62,564 nt of DNA, from positions 1-62,564 of the forward strand of contig DAISRJ010000006.1 in the NCBI GenBank assembly GCA_036828955.1, read 5' to 3'. Under the pieces are notes generated by a model. The model had not been told where the DNA came from. It saw nothing but the letters and a program-made list of their open reading frames with translations, and did no database searches. The position numbers and the translations under genes were made by a program. This document shows, in pieces, positions 27,509 through 36,485 of the stretch. The stretch is from Candidatus Dormiibacterota bacterium. Lineage in GTDB: Bacteria > Chloroflexota > Dormibacteria > Aeolococcales > Aeolococcaceae. Numbering within the stretch: the stretch's first letter is position 1; each line of letters starts with the position of its first letter.

Positions 27509-28762
27509 TCATGCATCCCTCCGCGCCCCGGCGGACGGTACTGCCGGCATCGCCGTCGGTGCTGAAAAGCCGCGCGCCAGCGCCTCCCTGCTCACCTCCT
27601 CGACCATCGCCGGCGCCAGGCCATCCGCGACCAGCGCGATGGCGCAACCACCGAAGCCCCCACCCGTCATGCGCGCCCCGAGCGCGCCCGCCCGCGTGGC
27701 CGCGTCCACCACCATGTCAAGGGCGGGCGTACTCACCTCGAGGTCGTCGCGCAACGACGCGTGCGAGCTGGTCAGCAGCGGCCCGATCTCGGCGAGCCGC
27801 CCCTGCCGCAGCAGCTCCGCCGTGCGCACGGTTCGGGCGTTCTCGGTGACCACATGGCGCACCTTGCGAGCAAGCACGGGCGCACCTGCCAGCGCAGCGA
27901 GCGCCTCGTCGAGCCGTTCGGTGGAGACATCGCGCAGGGCCGCCACGCCGAGCCGTGCGGCGGCGGTCGCGCACGCCTGCCGCAGATCCGCGTACGCGCC
28001 TCGGGCGTGGCTGTGCTTGGCGTGCGTGTTGAGGACCAGCAGGGTCAGGCCGGCGGCGGCCGGATCGAAGCCGATCTGCTCGGTGGCACCGCTGCGTGTG
28101 TCGAAGAACAGGGCGTGGCCGGCGGTGGCGAGCATGGACACCATCTGGTCCATCAGACCGCAGGGGACGCCGACGAAGTCGTTCTCGGCACGCTGCGCGA
28201 CGCGAGCCAGCGACGCCGGCGCGACCGCGACGTCGTAGAGGTCGGCCAGCGCGAGAGCCACAGCACACTCGATGGCTGCGGACGACGCCAGCCCGGCGCC
28301 CGCCGGCACAGCGCCGTCGACGACGAGGTCGACACCCTCGACGCCGTGGTCCGCCTCATGCAGCGACCACACGACACCCGCGACGTAAGCGGCCCAGCCC
28401 TCGACCGCCCCGGGCGCCAGCGCATCGAGGGGGATCGACATGCGCTCGTCCGGGCGCTGTCGGGAGCGGACGCAGAGCATGTGGTCGTCACGTCGGGCGG
28501 CCGCGACCGCGGTGCGCAAGTGCAACGCGAAGGGCAGCACAAAGCCCTCGTTGTAGTCGGTGTGTTCGCCGATGAGGTTGACCCGGCCAGGAGCGGACCA
28601 GACGCCCTCGGGCCTGCGGCCCGTGTGCGCGAGGAATGCATCAGCGGCGGGGCTCGTGTCGCTGCCCGCATTCGCTGCGCGCTGGCGAGCGTCGTCACCT
28701 CCCCCGCCGCCGTGTGCCTCGCCGGCGTGTCCGCCACGGCCGCCCTTACGTGGTGGCGTCAT
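27509..28762 (-). CDS. galK: Galactokinase (GHMP kinase)
   Basis: APGRVNLIGEHTDYNEG, GAGLASSAA, CGLMDQ and GARMTGGGFGGC motifs; about 40-aa Gly-rich N-terminal extension. Confidence 0.93.
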   Translation of the reverse strand: MTPPRKGGRGGHAGEAHGGGGGDDARQRAANAGSDTSPAADAFLAHTGRRPEGVWSAPGRVNLIGEHTDYNEGFVLPFALHLRTAVAAARRDDHMLCVRSRQRPDERMSIPLDALAPGAVEGWAAYVAGVVWSLHEADHGVEGVDLVVDGAVPAGAGLASSAAIECAVALALADLYDVAVAPASLARVAQRAENDFVGVPCGLMDQMVSMLATAGHALFFDTRSGATEQIGFDPAAAGLTLLVLNTHAKHSHARGAYADLRQACATAAARLGVAALRDVSTERLDEALAALAGAPVLARKVRHVVTENARTVRTAELLRQGRLAEIGPLLTSSHASLRDDLEVSTPALDMVVDAATRAGALGARMTGGGFGGCAIALVADGLAPAMVEEVSREALARGFSAPTAMPAVPSAGARRDA

Positions 28763-28848
28763 GGCCGAGCTGCCTTGAGACGGCAGGCTCTCGTCGCAAC
28801 CAGCTTCGATTCGTCGCAGCACGTCGAGATTGTGGCGGCCGCAGCGCA

Positions 28849-29319
28849 GTGCTGCTCCTGGTCTGCGCCGCACCCTCGCGTGCGAACCATCCGTTGAGGC
28901 TCGATGTCCTGCGTGGTGCCGCCGTCGTCTACATGGCCGTCACGGGGATTGTGTTCACGCTTCTGCTCAGCGGCACCGACGTCGACACCGCCATACCGTG
29001 GGTCAACACCGTTGTCCACGAACTGATGCCGTTGGTGCTCCTTCCCGACTGGCTGCTGGGCGCACCCGTGGAGCGGCTGAGCGTTCACCACGGGCTCCTC
29101 TGGCTGAGTTTCCCGCTCGCCTGGATCGTCTACACGCTCATCCGCGGCTCGATCAGCGGACTGTACCCGTATCCGTTTCTGAACCCCGTCAACGGAGGCT
29201 ACGCAAGCGTCGCCGCGTACTCCTTCGCCGTGCTTGTGCTGATGGCGCTGGTGTGTGCGGCGGTTCTCTGGCTCGGTAACACCCGGAACGCTGCCCGCAC
29301 TGTCGGACAGCCGATATAG
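28849..29319 (+). pseudogene. Pr6Pr-family membrane protein, apparently 5'-truncated
   Basis: RGAAVVYMAVTGIVF, HELMP..DWL and YPYPFLNP motifs are present. The usual N-terminal F-S-Y-F-T-x-x-S-N segment is not found in frame. Confidence 0.55.
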
Positions 29320-29370
29320 GGGACGCGGCCAATCCCACGGGGTGGCGCGCCGCAGCCGTAGGCTGCGGTC

Positions 29371-30039
29371 ATGTCCAAGGACTGGCTGGCGTGGCATCGC
29401 CCCTATGACGAAGCCGGTTCACCGCTGCAGCTGCGCCTCGCCGCTGTCCAAGCGGACATCCGCCGCGCCCTGGCTGCGTGGCCGCCCGGACCGATCCGGG
29501 TGGTCAGCATATGTGCCGGCCAGGGCCGCGACCTGCTCGAGGTGCTCGTCGACCATCCGCGACGGGTGGACGTCACCGCCCATCTTGTCGAGCTGGACGA
29601 ACGCAATGTCGACCGGGCCCGTACGACAGCGGATGTCGCGGGGTTGACGGGCGTCGAGGTGGTCCGGGCCGACGCCTCCTCCACCAGCGCCTACGAGCGG
29701 CTGGTGCCGGCCGACCTCCTTCTTGTGTGCGGTGTCTTCGGCAACATCACCGACGCCGATATCCACGGCACGGTGGGCGCGCTGTCCAGCCTGTGCGCCC
29801 CTGGGGCGACGGTGATCTGGACGCGCTACCCGCGCGACCCCGACCTGCTGCCTGCGGTTGACGGCTGGTTCCGCGACGCCGGCTTCGAGCTCGTCTCACT
29901 GGAGACGGGCCTGGACGGGCGCCAGTTCGGCGTCGGGGTGCACCGGTTGACGGCACCTCCGCAGCCCTACCTCCGCGGCGTTCGGCTCTTCACCTTCCTC
30001 GAGCACCCCGACCCCACCGGCACACGCCACGGTCTGTGA
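29371..30039 (+). CDS. SAM-dependent methyltransferase (actinobacterial type)
   Basis: DWLAWHRPYD, VVSICAGQGRDL, LVELD, ADAS and CGVFGNI motifs. Confidence 0.85.
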   Translation: MSKDWLAWHRPYDEAGSPLQLRLAAVQADIRRALAAWPPGPIRVVSICAGQGRDLLEVLVDHPRRVDVTAHLVELDERNVDRARTTADVAGLTGVEVVRADASSTSAYERLVPADLLLVCGVFGNITDADIHGTVGALSSLCAPGATVIWTRYPRDPDLLPAVDGWFRDAGFELVSLETGLDGRQFGVGVHRLTAPPQPYLRGVRLFTFLEHPDPTGTRHGL

Positions 30040-30070
30040 CGTCAGCCGGCGGGAACGCCCAGGCGTACCC

Positions 30071-30271
30071 TCATGCGGCCCTCGGGTCGGTCGCGGCCTC
30101 GTCCTGCTCGATGCCCACCGGGCCGAGAACGACCTCGGTCGGGCCGCGCCAGGTGCGCGCCCGGGGATCGAAATGAAGGTGGTGGAAGGTCGTGACCTGG
30201 GCTGTGGACATGCTCTCGCTGTCGTCCGGCGCCACAGGCGCGGCTGCCTGCTGGGTGGCGGTTTCACTCAT
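30071..30271 (-). CDS. Small hypothetical protein (66 aa), divergent from ArsR
   Basis: Strong GGAGG RBS 7 nt before the ATG; sits behind a double palindrome. Confidence 0.65.
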   Translation of the reverse strand: MSETATQQAAAPVAPDDSESMSTAQVTTFHHLHFDPRARTWRGPTEVVLGPVGIEQDEAATDPRAA

Positions 30272-30294
30272 GTCAGGTCCTCCGTTGTGGTATT

Positions 30295-30337
30295 GTTCGA
30301 TCGGGATCGTACCTTATTAGTTCGATGGGTGTCAAAC
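30295..30337. promoter_or_regulatory. Two tandem imperfect palindromes, probable ArsR operators
   Basis: GTTCGAT-cggg-ATCGTAC (30295..30312) and GTTCGAT-gggt-GTCAAAC (30320..30337), both approximating GTTCGAT-N4-ATCGAAC. Confidence 0.7.
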
Positions 30338-30338
30338 A

Positions 30339-30716
30339 ATGCCATGGGTGACGGAGATCCCGGAGGGGGTCTCCTACGACAGCAGCCAGCTGGCCCCACG
30401 TCCCGTGGCGGGCATCACCGAACTGCTCCAGGCGCTCGCCGACCCCGTCCGTCTCGACGTGGTCCGTGACCTCGCCAATTCCCCGGGCCCGCGTCCGTGC
30501 GGCAGCCTGGTCACCTCGGTGACCAAGTCGACACTGAGCCACCACATGCGCGTGCTCCGCGAGGCCGGGATCATCGAGATGCGCGTCGACGGCACCCGCA
30601 AGCTCACCAGCCTTCGCCGTGCGGAGCTGGAGGCAGCCTGCCCCGGCCTGCTCGACAGCATCCTCCGCGCCCCCGTGGCTGAGCCGGCCGCCGCAGAGCC
30701 GGCGCCGGCGGGCTGA
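30339..30716 (+). CDS. ArsR/SmtB-family regulator
   Basis: LQALADPVRL...RPCG...KSTLSHHMRVLREAG. The true start may be GTG 30348. Confidence 0.9.
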   Translation: MPWVTEIPEGVSYDSSQLAPRPVAGITELLQALADPVRLDVVRDLANSPGPRPCGSLVTSVTKSTLSHHMRVLREAGIIEMRVDGTRKLTSLRRAELEAACPGLLDSILRAPVAEPAAAEPAPAG

Positions 30717-30721
30717 CGCCC

Positions 30722-32209
30722 TCAGCTGTTCTGAGGGAAGCCCAGGTCGACCCGGCTGGTGCTGGGATCGGGCCAGCGTGACGTGACCACCTTGGTCCGC
30801 GTGTAGAAGTGGATGCCGTCCGGCCCGTACATGTGCGTATCGCCGAAGAGCGACGCCTTCCAGCCACCGAAGCTGTAGTAGGCGACGGGCACCGGGATGG
30901 CCACGTTGACGCCCACCATCCCCGCCTGCACCTCGAACTGGAACCTGCGCGCCGCCCCACCGTCGCGGGTGAAGATGGCAACCCCGTTGCCGTAGGGGCT
31001 GTCGTTGACCAGGCGCACCGCATCCTCGTACGTCGCCACGCGGACCACGGAGAGCACCGGCCCGAAGATCTCGTCGTCGTAGACGCGCGTGCCCGGGGTG
31101 ACCGCGTCGACAAGGGAGGCGCCGAGGAAGAATCCGTCGCCCTCGAAGCTCTGGGAGCGACCGTCCACCACCACCCGGGCTCCGCCGAGCGCGGCGTCGT
31201 CGAGGTACGACGCCACCCGGTCGCGGTGCTCGCGGGTCACCAGGGGGCCCATCTGCGAATCGGGGTCATCGCCCGGGCCGATCGTGACCGACGGGATTCG
31301 CCGAGCGATGGCGTCCACCAGCCGGTCGGCGACGTCCCCGACGGCGACCACAGCCGACACCGCCATGCAGCGCTCCCCCGCCGAGCCGTAGCCTGCCGAC
31401 ACCGCGGCGTCCGCGGCCATGTCGACGTCCGCGTCGGGGAGCACCACCATGTGGTTCTTGGCGCCGCCGAGCGCCTGGACGCGCTTGCCGTTGCGCGTGC
31501 CCGTCTCGTACACGTGGCGCGCGATCGGGGTCGAGCCCACGAACGACACCGCGGCGATGCCGGGGTGCTCGAGGATGCGGTTCACCGCCTCGCGATCGCC
31601 GTTGACCACGGAGAACACACCGGCGGGCAGGCCGGCCTCGTGCCATAGCTCGGCGAAGAGGAGAGACGGAGAGGGGTCCTTCTCGCTCGGCTTGAGGATG
31701 AAGCAGTCGCCGCAGGCGATGGCGTTGCTGAACATCCACATCGGCACCATGGCGGGGAAGTTGAACGGCGTGATCCCGGCCACGACCCCGAGCGGCTGGC
31801 GGATCGAGTACACGTCGACCTCGCGCGACACCTGCTCGGAGAACCCTCCCTTGAGGAGGTGGGGCACGCCGCAGGCGAACTCGACGTTCTCCAGCCCGCG
31901 CGCCACCTCGCCGAGTGCGTCGGAGAGCACCTTGCCGTGCTCTGCCGTGATCAACCGGGCAATGTCCTGGCGGTGCGAGTCGACCAGGTCGCGAAAGCGG
32001 AAGAGGATCTCGGAACGCGCCGACAGTGAGGTCGCGCGCCACGCCGGGAACGCGCCGGCAGCACTCTCCGCGGCCGCGTCCAGCTCGGCCGCCGAAGCCA
32101 GGTCGACGACAGCGGTCTGCGCGCCGGTCGCCGGGTTGAACACCGGCCCCTGTCTTCCCGAGGTCCCGGCCACGCGGCCGTCGTCGATCCAGTGGGTGAT
32201 CTGCTTCAT
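30722..32209 (-). CDS. mmsA: CoA-acylating (methyl)malonate-semialdehyde dehydrogenase
   Basis: GITPFNFPAMVP, LKPSEKDP, FVGSTP, GAKNH, GSAGERCMA and EIFGPVL motifs. Confidence 0.93.
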   Translation of the reverse strand: MKQITHWIDDGRVAGTSGRQGPVFNPATGAQTAVVDLASAAELDAAAESAAGAFPAWRATSLSARSEILFRFRDLVDSHRQDIARLITAEHGKVLSDALGEVARGLENVEFACGVPHLLKGGFSEQVSREVDVYSIRQPLGVVAGITPFNFPAMVPMWMFSNAIACGDCFILKPSEKDPSPSLLFAELWHEAGLPAGVFSVVNGDREAVNRILEHPGIAAVSFVGSTPIARHVYETGTRNGKRVQALGGAKNHMVVLPDADVDMAADAAVSAGYGSAGERCMAVSAVVAVGDVADRLVDAIARRIPSVTIGPGDDPDSQMGPLVTREHRDRVASYLDDAALGGARVVVDGRSQSFEGDGFFLGASLVDAVTPGTRVYDDEIFGPVLSVVRVATYEDAVRLVNDSPYGNGVAIFTRDGGAARRFQFEVQAGMVGVNVAIPVPVAYYSFGGWKASLFGDTHMYGPDGIHFYTRTKVVTSRWPDPSTSRVDLGFPQNS

Positions 32210-33492
32210 GCAGTCGCGGTGAGCGCCTCGTCGAGCGTGGCCACAGCCGACCCCAGCTGCTCCTCGGTGATCACCAGCGGCGGCTGGATGCGCAGCACGT
32301 TGCCGAAGAAACCGCCGATGCCGATGATCAGCCCCCGCTCTCGGCAGGCGGCGCGCATCTGCACCGCCTGCTGCGCGGCCGTCGTGGCGCCGCCACGGTC
32401 GGCGAGCTCGATGCCCACCATCAGGCCCTTGCCGCGCACCTCGGCGATCGCCGGCTGACGCGCCGCCACCGTCTCGAGCTTGGCGAGCAGCCACTGGCCG
32501 AGGCGCGCGCTGTTCTCGCACAGGCGCTCGTCCTCGATGACGTCGAGCGTCGCCACCGCCGCGGCGCAGGACACTGGGTTGCCGCCGAACGTGGAGAGGT
32601 GCTCGCCCGGCTGGAAGGCGTCGGCGATCTCCGGGCGGGCGATGAAGCCTCCGAGCGGGAAGCCGCTGGCGATTCCCTTGGCCATGGCCATGATGTCGGG
32701 CTCCACGCCGAAATGCTCGATGCCGAACATGCGCCCGGTTCGCCCGAAGCCGGTCTGCACCTCGTCGACGATGAGCAGGATGCCGTGGCGGTCGAGGATC
32801 TCCTTGACGCGCCGGAAGTAGTCGGGGTGGGGCACGACGATGCCCGCCTCGCCGAGCACAGGCTCGGCGATGAACGCCGCCACGTTGCCTGAGGTGTGGT
32901 AGTTGATGACGTCCTCGACCGCATCAGCGCAGCGCAGCGTGCACGCCCCACCGCAGACGCGGCAGCGGGTGAGGTGCGGGGCGGGCGCGAAAGCGACGCC
33001 GCCCAGGTACGGGCCGCCGTGCTGCTTGCGCTTGCGGTTGCCGGTGACCGCCAGGGTCGCGTTGGTGCGCCCGTGGAAGCCCGTCTCCAGGGCGATGAAT
33101 TCGGTCCGCCCGGTGAAGGCCCGAGCCAGTCTCATCGCTCCCTCAACCGCCTCGGCGCCGCTGTTGGAGAAGAAGGTCTTCTGCAGCGCTCCCGGCGACA
33201 CCTGGGCAAGCCGCGCGGCCAGCTCCCCCACCACCGGCACCTCGTAGAGGAGGCTGCCGCAGTGGATGAACCGCTCCATCTGCTCGCGAGCCGCCTCCAC
33301 CACCCGTGGGTGGGAGTGCCCGGTGCTCACCACCGAGATGCCCGCGAAGCAGTCAAGGTAGCGGCGGCCGTCGACGTCCCAGAGCTCCGCGCCCCGGCCG
33401 CGCTCCACGGTGATGGGCTCGACCCCGGCGACGGGGCTGAGGTTGAGGTAGCGCTGGTAGAGCTCGGAGGCGGACCTCCCGGCGACCGTCAT
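32206..33492 (-). CDS. Class III PLP aminotransferase (beta-alanine/omega-amino acid type)
   Basis: FSNSGAEAVE, GFHGRT, IVDEVQTGFGRTG and MAKG (PLP Lys) motifs; overlaps the mmsA start. Confidence 0.9.
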   Translation of the reverse strand: MTVAGRSASELYQRYLNLSPVAGVEPITVERGRGAELWDVDGRRYLDCFAGISVVSTGHSHPRVVEAAREQMERFIHCGSLLYEVPVVGELAARLAQVSPGALQKTFFSNSGAEAVEGAMRLARAFTGRTEFIALETGFHGRTNATLAVTGNRKRKQHGGPYLGGVAFAPAPHLTRCRVCGGACTLRCADAVEDVINYHTSGNVAAFIAEPVLGEAGIVVPHPDYFRRVKEILDRHGILLIVDEVQTGFGRTGRMFGIEHFGVEPDIMAMAKGIASGFPLGGFIARPEIADAFQPGEHLSTFGGNPVSCAAAVATLDVIEDERLCENSARLGQWLLAKLETVAARQPAIAEVRGKGLMVGIELADRGGATTAAQQAVQMRAACRERGLIIGIGGFFGNVLRIQPPLVITEEQLGSAVATLDEALTATA

Positions 33493-33544
33493 CGCTCGCA
33501 GTGTGGCGAGGGCCGTGCCACGAGCGCAAGGCCACGCCCGCGCC

Positions 33545-34627
33545 TCAGGAGGGCCGGTAATCGAGCCCGTCGGGACGGAGCAGGCGATGCGTCGCGTCCC
33601 CTGTCCATTGCCAGACAACCGTCGAGGTGGTGGGGTCGACGATGACGATGCGGTTGTCGTAGTCGTCGCAGATGGCGACCCGGTTGCTGGCCAGGGGGAT
33701 GGCGATCGACGGGTGGTCGAGCTGGGCCGCTCCTCGCGGCGAGTACCGCCACAGCACGGTCCCATCGGCGCCCACGCGAAGGACGGAGCCGACGCTGGAG
33801 TAGTCGGTGAGAAGCACGGAGCCGTCGGGGTACGCCATGGCATCCGACGGGTAGCCGACCGGCACCCGGTGGCTCCAGCGCACCGTGCCGTCCGCGTTCA
33901 ACCAGGTGACCCGGCTGCCGCTGATCTCGGTGACCACCAGTGACCCGCCGGCGGTGGGGAAGGCGCCGTTCGGCTCGGAGAACTGACGTGGCGGATTGTG
34001 AGCGCACCCGTGGCCGCCGAGCACGGTCATCACCGCCCCCGTGGAGCCGTCGAGGTGGAGGATCCGGCAGTTGCGAATGTCGGCCAGCCATACCGACCCA
34101 TCGGCCGCGGGCACGGCGTCGTCGGGGTTGTTGAACTGGGTGAGGTCGCCACCACGGCGGAAGAGAGAGCCCGCCTGCCAGATCACCGCACCGGTCAGCC
34201 GGTTCACGGCCATCGCCTCCTGCCCCTCCTCCGAGTTGGCGACGATGGCCGAGCCGTCGACGGTGTAGAAGGCATCGTCGGGCGGTCCGAGCGGACGCCC
34301 AAGGGGCGGCGCGGTGGTTGTGAGTGCCCACGTCACAGCGCCGCTGGGGTCGATCTCGAGGATGCGGCTGTGGCTGCTGCTCTCTGCGATGAGCAGGTGG
34401 CCGATGAACGGCACCCCCGGCGCGAGTGCGGGCAGGCCTGCCCCGGCGCCGGGCAGCAGGAACCCTGCCTGGCCGAGCGGTGCCGATGGCGAGGCCGGCG
34501 GGCGCTGCAGGCCCGGCTGGCTTGGCGCGACGTGCTGCGCCACCGGCTGCGGGAGTGATGAGCACGAGGTGAGCAGCCAGGCCAGACCCAACGCGCTGAG
34601 CACCGCGCGCCGTGATCGCCGGATCAC
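33545..34627 (-). CDS. Beta-propeller (NHL/PQQ-like repeat) lipoprotein
   Basis: RRSRR plus LLTSC lipobox; repeated P-D/S-D-A...G..vW blades. Confidence 0.75.
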   Translation of the reverse strand: MIRRSRRAVLSALGLAWLLTSCSSLPQPVAQHVAPSQPGLQRPPASPSAPLGQAGFLLPGAGAGLPALAPGVPFIGHLLIAESSSHSRILEIDPSGAVTWALTTTAPPLGRPLGPPDDAFYTVDGSAIVANSEEGQEAMAVNRLTGAVIWQAGSLFRRGGDLTQFNNPDDAVPAADGSVWLADIRNCRILHLDGSTGAVMTVLGGHGCAHNPPRQFSEPNGAFPTAGGSLVVTEISGSRVTWLNADGTVRWSHRVPVGYPSDAMAYPDGSVLLTDYSSVGSVLRVGADGTVLWRYSPRGAAQLDHPSIAIPLASNRVAICDDYDNRIVIVDPTTSTVVWQWTGDATHRLLRPDGLDYRPS

Positions 34628-35622
34628 CCGGTCACCCCGCAGGCCGGCAACGAGTACAGAGCGTGGGTGGTGGCATCGACGATCTCCAACGTCCCTGCGG
34701 CTGTGACCGCCAGGCCCTGGGGAGCGGGCAGGTTGACCGCGATGGGCGTCGACGCCCCAGAGACCGGGTCGACGGCGACGACATCGTGGCGATCCAGCTC
34801 GGTGACATAGAGAAGGCCGGCGTGCTCCACCACCTCATCGAGGTCGGCGAAGTGCCCCAGCGTCCGCCGTCCCCCGCTCGCGGAGAGCACCACCAGGGCG
34901 GGGGTGGATTCACTCGCGACGACGATGTCGCCGGCGGGGTCGGTGGTCGCATCCACCGGCCGGCCCAACCCTGTCGCCACAAGGTGCGGCGCAGCAGCTT
35001 GCTGCAGGGGCACGCTGAACAGCTGGCCGGTCGGGCTGTCCGGCAACAGCAACTGTCCGCCCGACCCGACGGCGATACCGTCGATGCCGGCGTTGCCGGT
35101 TCGGTTGGGGAAGGTCACCAGCGTGCGCGTGGCCGGCGTCACCACGGCGATGGCGTTGACGTTCTGCTGGGCCACGTACACGCCGGAGGCGTCGACGGCG
35201 ATGCCCTCGGGTCCACCGGCGACCGTCTGCGTGCTGACCGGGCTTCCGTCCGGGTTGAGGGTGGTCAGCAGGTTGGCCTCCCTGGCCGTGACCCAGATCC
35301 GGTTGGCGACGTCGACAGCGACATCGTCAGGTGACGTGGCGAAGCGGTGCACCACGTGGAGGGCTCCGCGGTCGACCGCGGCCGCGCAGCTGGCCAGGGT
35401 CACCGCGGGGGTTGGAGACGGCGTTGGCGGTGGGATGGCCGCGATCGCGGTTGCCCGCGGTGGCACCGTGGGGACGGCCGTCGGACGGGAGGAGACACCG
35501 GTGGTGCAGCCGGCCAGCGCCGCGGAGATCATCAGCGCGGCGACCGCGCGGGCAAGCGGCGGCCGGGCCGGCGCATTCACCGGGCCATTCTCACCAACCG
35601 GCCGGGCCGCCGGCGTTGACAC
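34624..35622 (-). CDS. Beta-propeller (NHL/SMP-30-like) lipoprotein
   Basis: LAGC lipobox, Pro/Thr linker, repeated PDDVAV/PEGIAV/DGIAV/PQGLAV blades. Start uncertain (35622 or 35580). Confidence 0.75.
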   Translation of the reverse strand: MSTPAARPVGENGPVNAPARPPLARAVAALMISAALAGCTTGVSSRPTAVPTVPPRATAIAAIPPPTPSPTPAVTLASCAAAVDRGALHVVHRFATSPDDVAVDVANRIWVTAREANLLTTLNPDGSPVSTQTVAGGPEGIAVDASGVYVAQQNVNAIAVVTPATRTLVTFPNRTGNAGIDGIAVGSGGQLLLPDSPTGQLFSVPLQQAAAPHLVATGLGRPVDATTDPAGDIVVASESTPALVVLSASGGRRTLGHFADLDEVVEHAGLLYVTELDRHDVVAVDPVSGASTPIAVNLPAPQGLAVTAAGTLEIVDATTHALYSLPACGVTG

Positions 35623-35665
35623 TCGGCGCGGGCCGGTGTTGGGCGCCCCGGGATACCCTCATCCC

Positions 35666-36469
35666 GTGGTCCACGTGAAAGAGCCGTTGACGCTGCGTGA
35701 TGAGAGCAGTGCGACCCCGGCGCCGGCGCCGCCTCAGCCACCATCGATACGACCGGCGGCTCGGCGCCGGCGCTGGCCGAGGCGGCTCATCCGAGCGCTG
35801 CTCGGAGTCCTCGTCGTGGCCTGTGGCGGCCTGGCGCTGACCGAGCTGCTCACACCCTCTGTCGTGGACGCCTCGGCTCGCGTCGCCGCCTTGGACGCCT
35901 CGCATCACACCCACCCGGTGAGCGTCGTGGCCACGGACAGGATCGCGCTGGCGACGGTCGCCGCCGAGGACGAGCGTTTCTACAGCCACCACGGCATCGA
36001 CACGCTGGGAGCGCTGCGGGGCCTGTGGGGGCGCATCACCGGCGTCGACCTCGGCGGCAGCACCCTCGACCAGCAACTCGCCAAGAACCTCTACACCGTC
36101 AATGATTCCGGCTTCAGCAGCAGCGTCATCGACGCCGCGCTCGCCCTCAAGCTGGAGGGCCACTACACCAAGGCGGCCATCCTGAGCATGTATGTCGACG
36201 TTGTGTACTACGGCCACGGCTACTACGGGATCGCGGCCGCCAGCATGGGCTACTTCGGAGTGCCGGTGGACCGGCTGACCTGGGCACAGGCCGCCATGCT
36301 TGCCGGTCTGCCCCAGGCCCCGAGCCTGCTCGACCCGTTCCGAAACCCCACCATGGCCAAGCAGCGCCAGGACTATGTCCTCAGCCGCCTGGCGGCCACC
36401 GGCGTTCTCAGCGAGACGGCCGCGGACGCCGCGGACGCGGCGCCTCTCACGCTGCGGCCGGTGCCATGA
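35666..36469 (+). CDS. Monofunctional peptidoglycan transglycosylase (GT51 domain only)
   Basis: AEDERFYSHHGID, GGSTLDQQLAKNLY, K..ILSMY...YYG and LAGLPQAPS motifs; no transpeptidase domain. Confidence 0.9.
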   Translation: MVHVKEPLTLRDESSATPAPAPPQPPSIRPAARRRRWPRRLIRALLGVLVVACGGLALTELLTPSVVDASARVAALDASHHTHPVSVVATDRIALATVAAEDERFYSHHGIDTLGALRGLWGRITGVDLGGSTLDQQLAKNLYTVNDSGFSSSVIDAALALKLEGHYTKAAILSMYVDVVYYGHGYYGIAAASMGYFGVPVDRLTWAQAAMLAGLPQAPSLLDPFRNPTMAKQRQDYVLSRLAATGVLSETAADAADAAPLTLRPVP

Positions 36470-36485
36470 CGGCATCGCCCGCCCG

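Noticed and set aside
27420-27647. 75-aa ORF whose stop overlaps the ATG of the 161-aa orphan
   Set aside because: It overlaps the galK 3' end, has low-complexity composition and has no RBS. The overlap may be chance.
29350-29368. Perfect inverted repeat CCGCAGCC-GTA-GGCTGCGG before the methyltransferase ATG
   Set aside because: It has no U-tract and overlaps the TAGGCT -10. It cannot be assigned as a terminator or operator without data.
26817-30300. Prophage or ICE integrated at tRNA-Leu
   Set aside because: No integrase, phage genes or duplicated tRNA 3' end seen; retained only as a weak hotspot observation.
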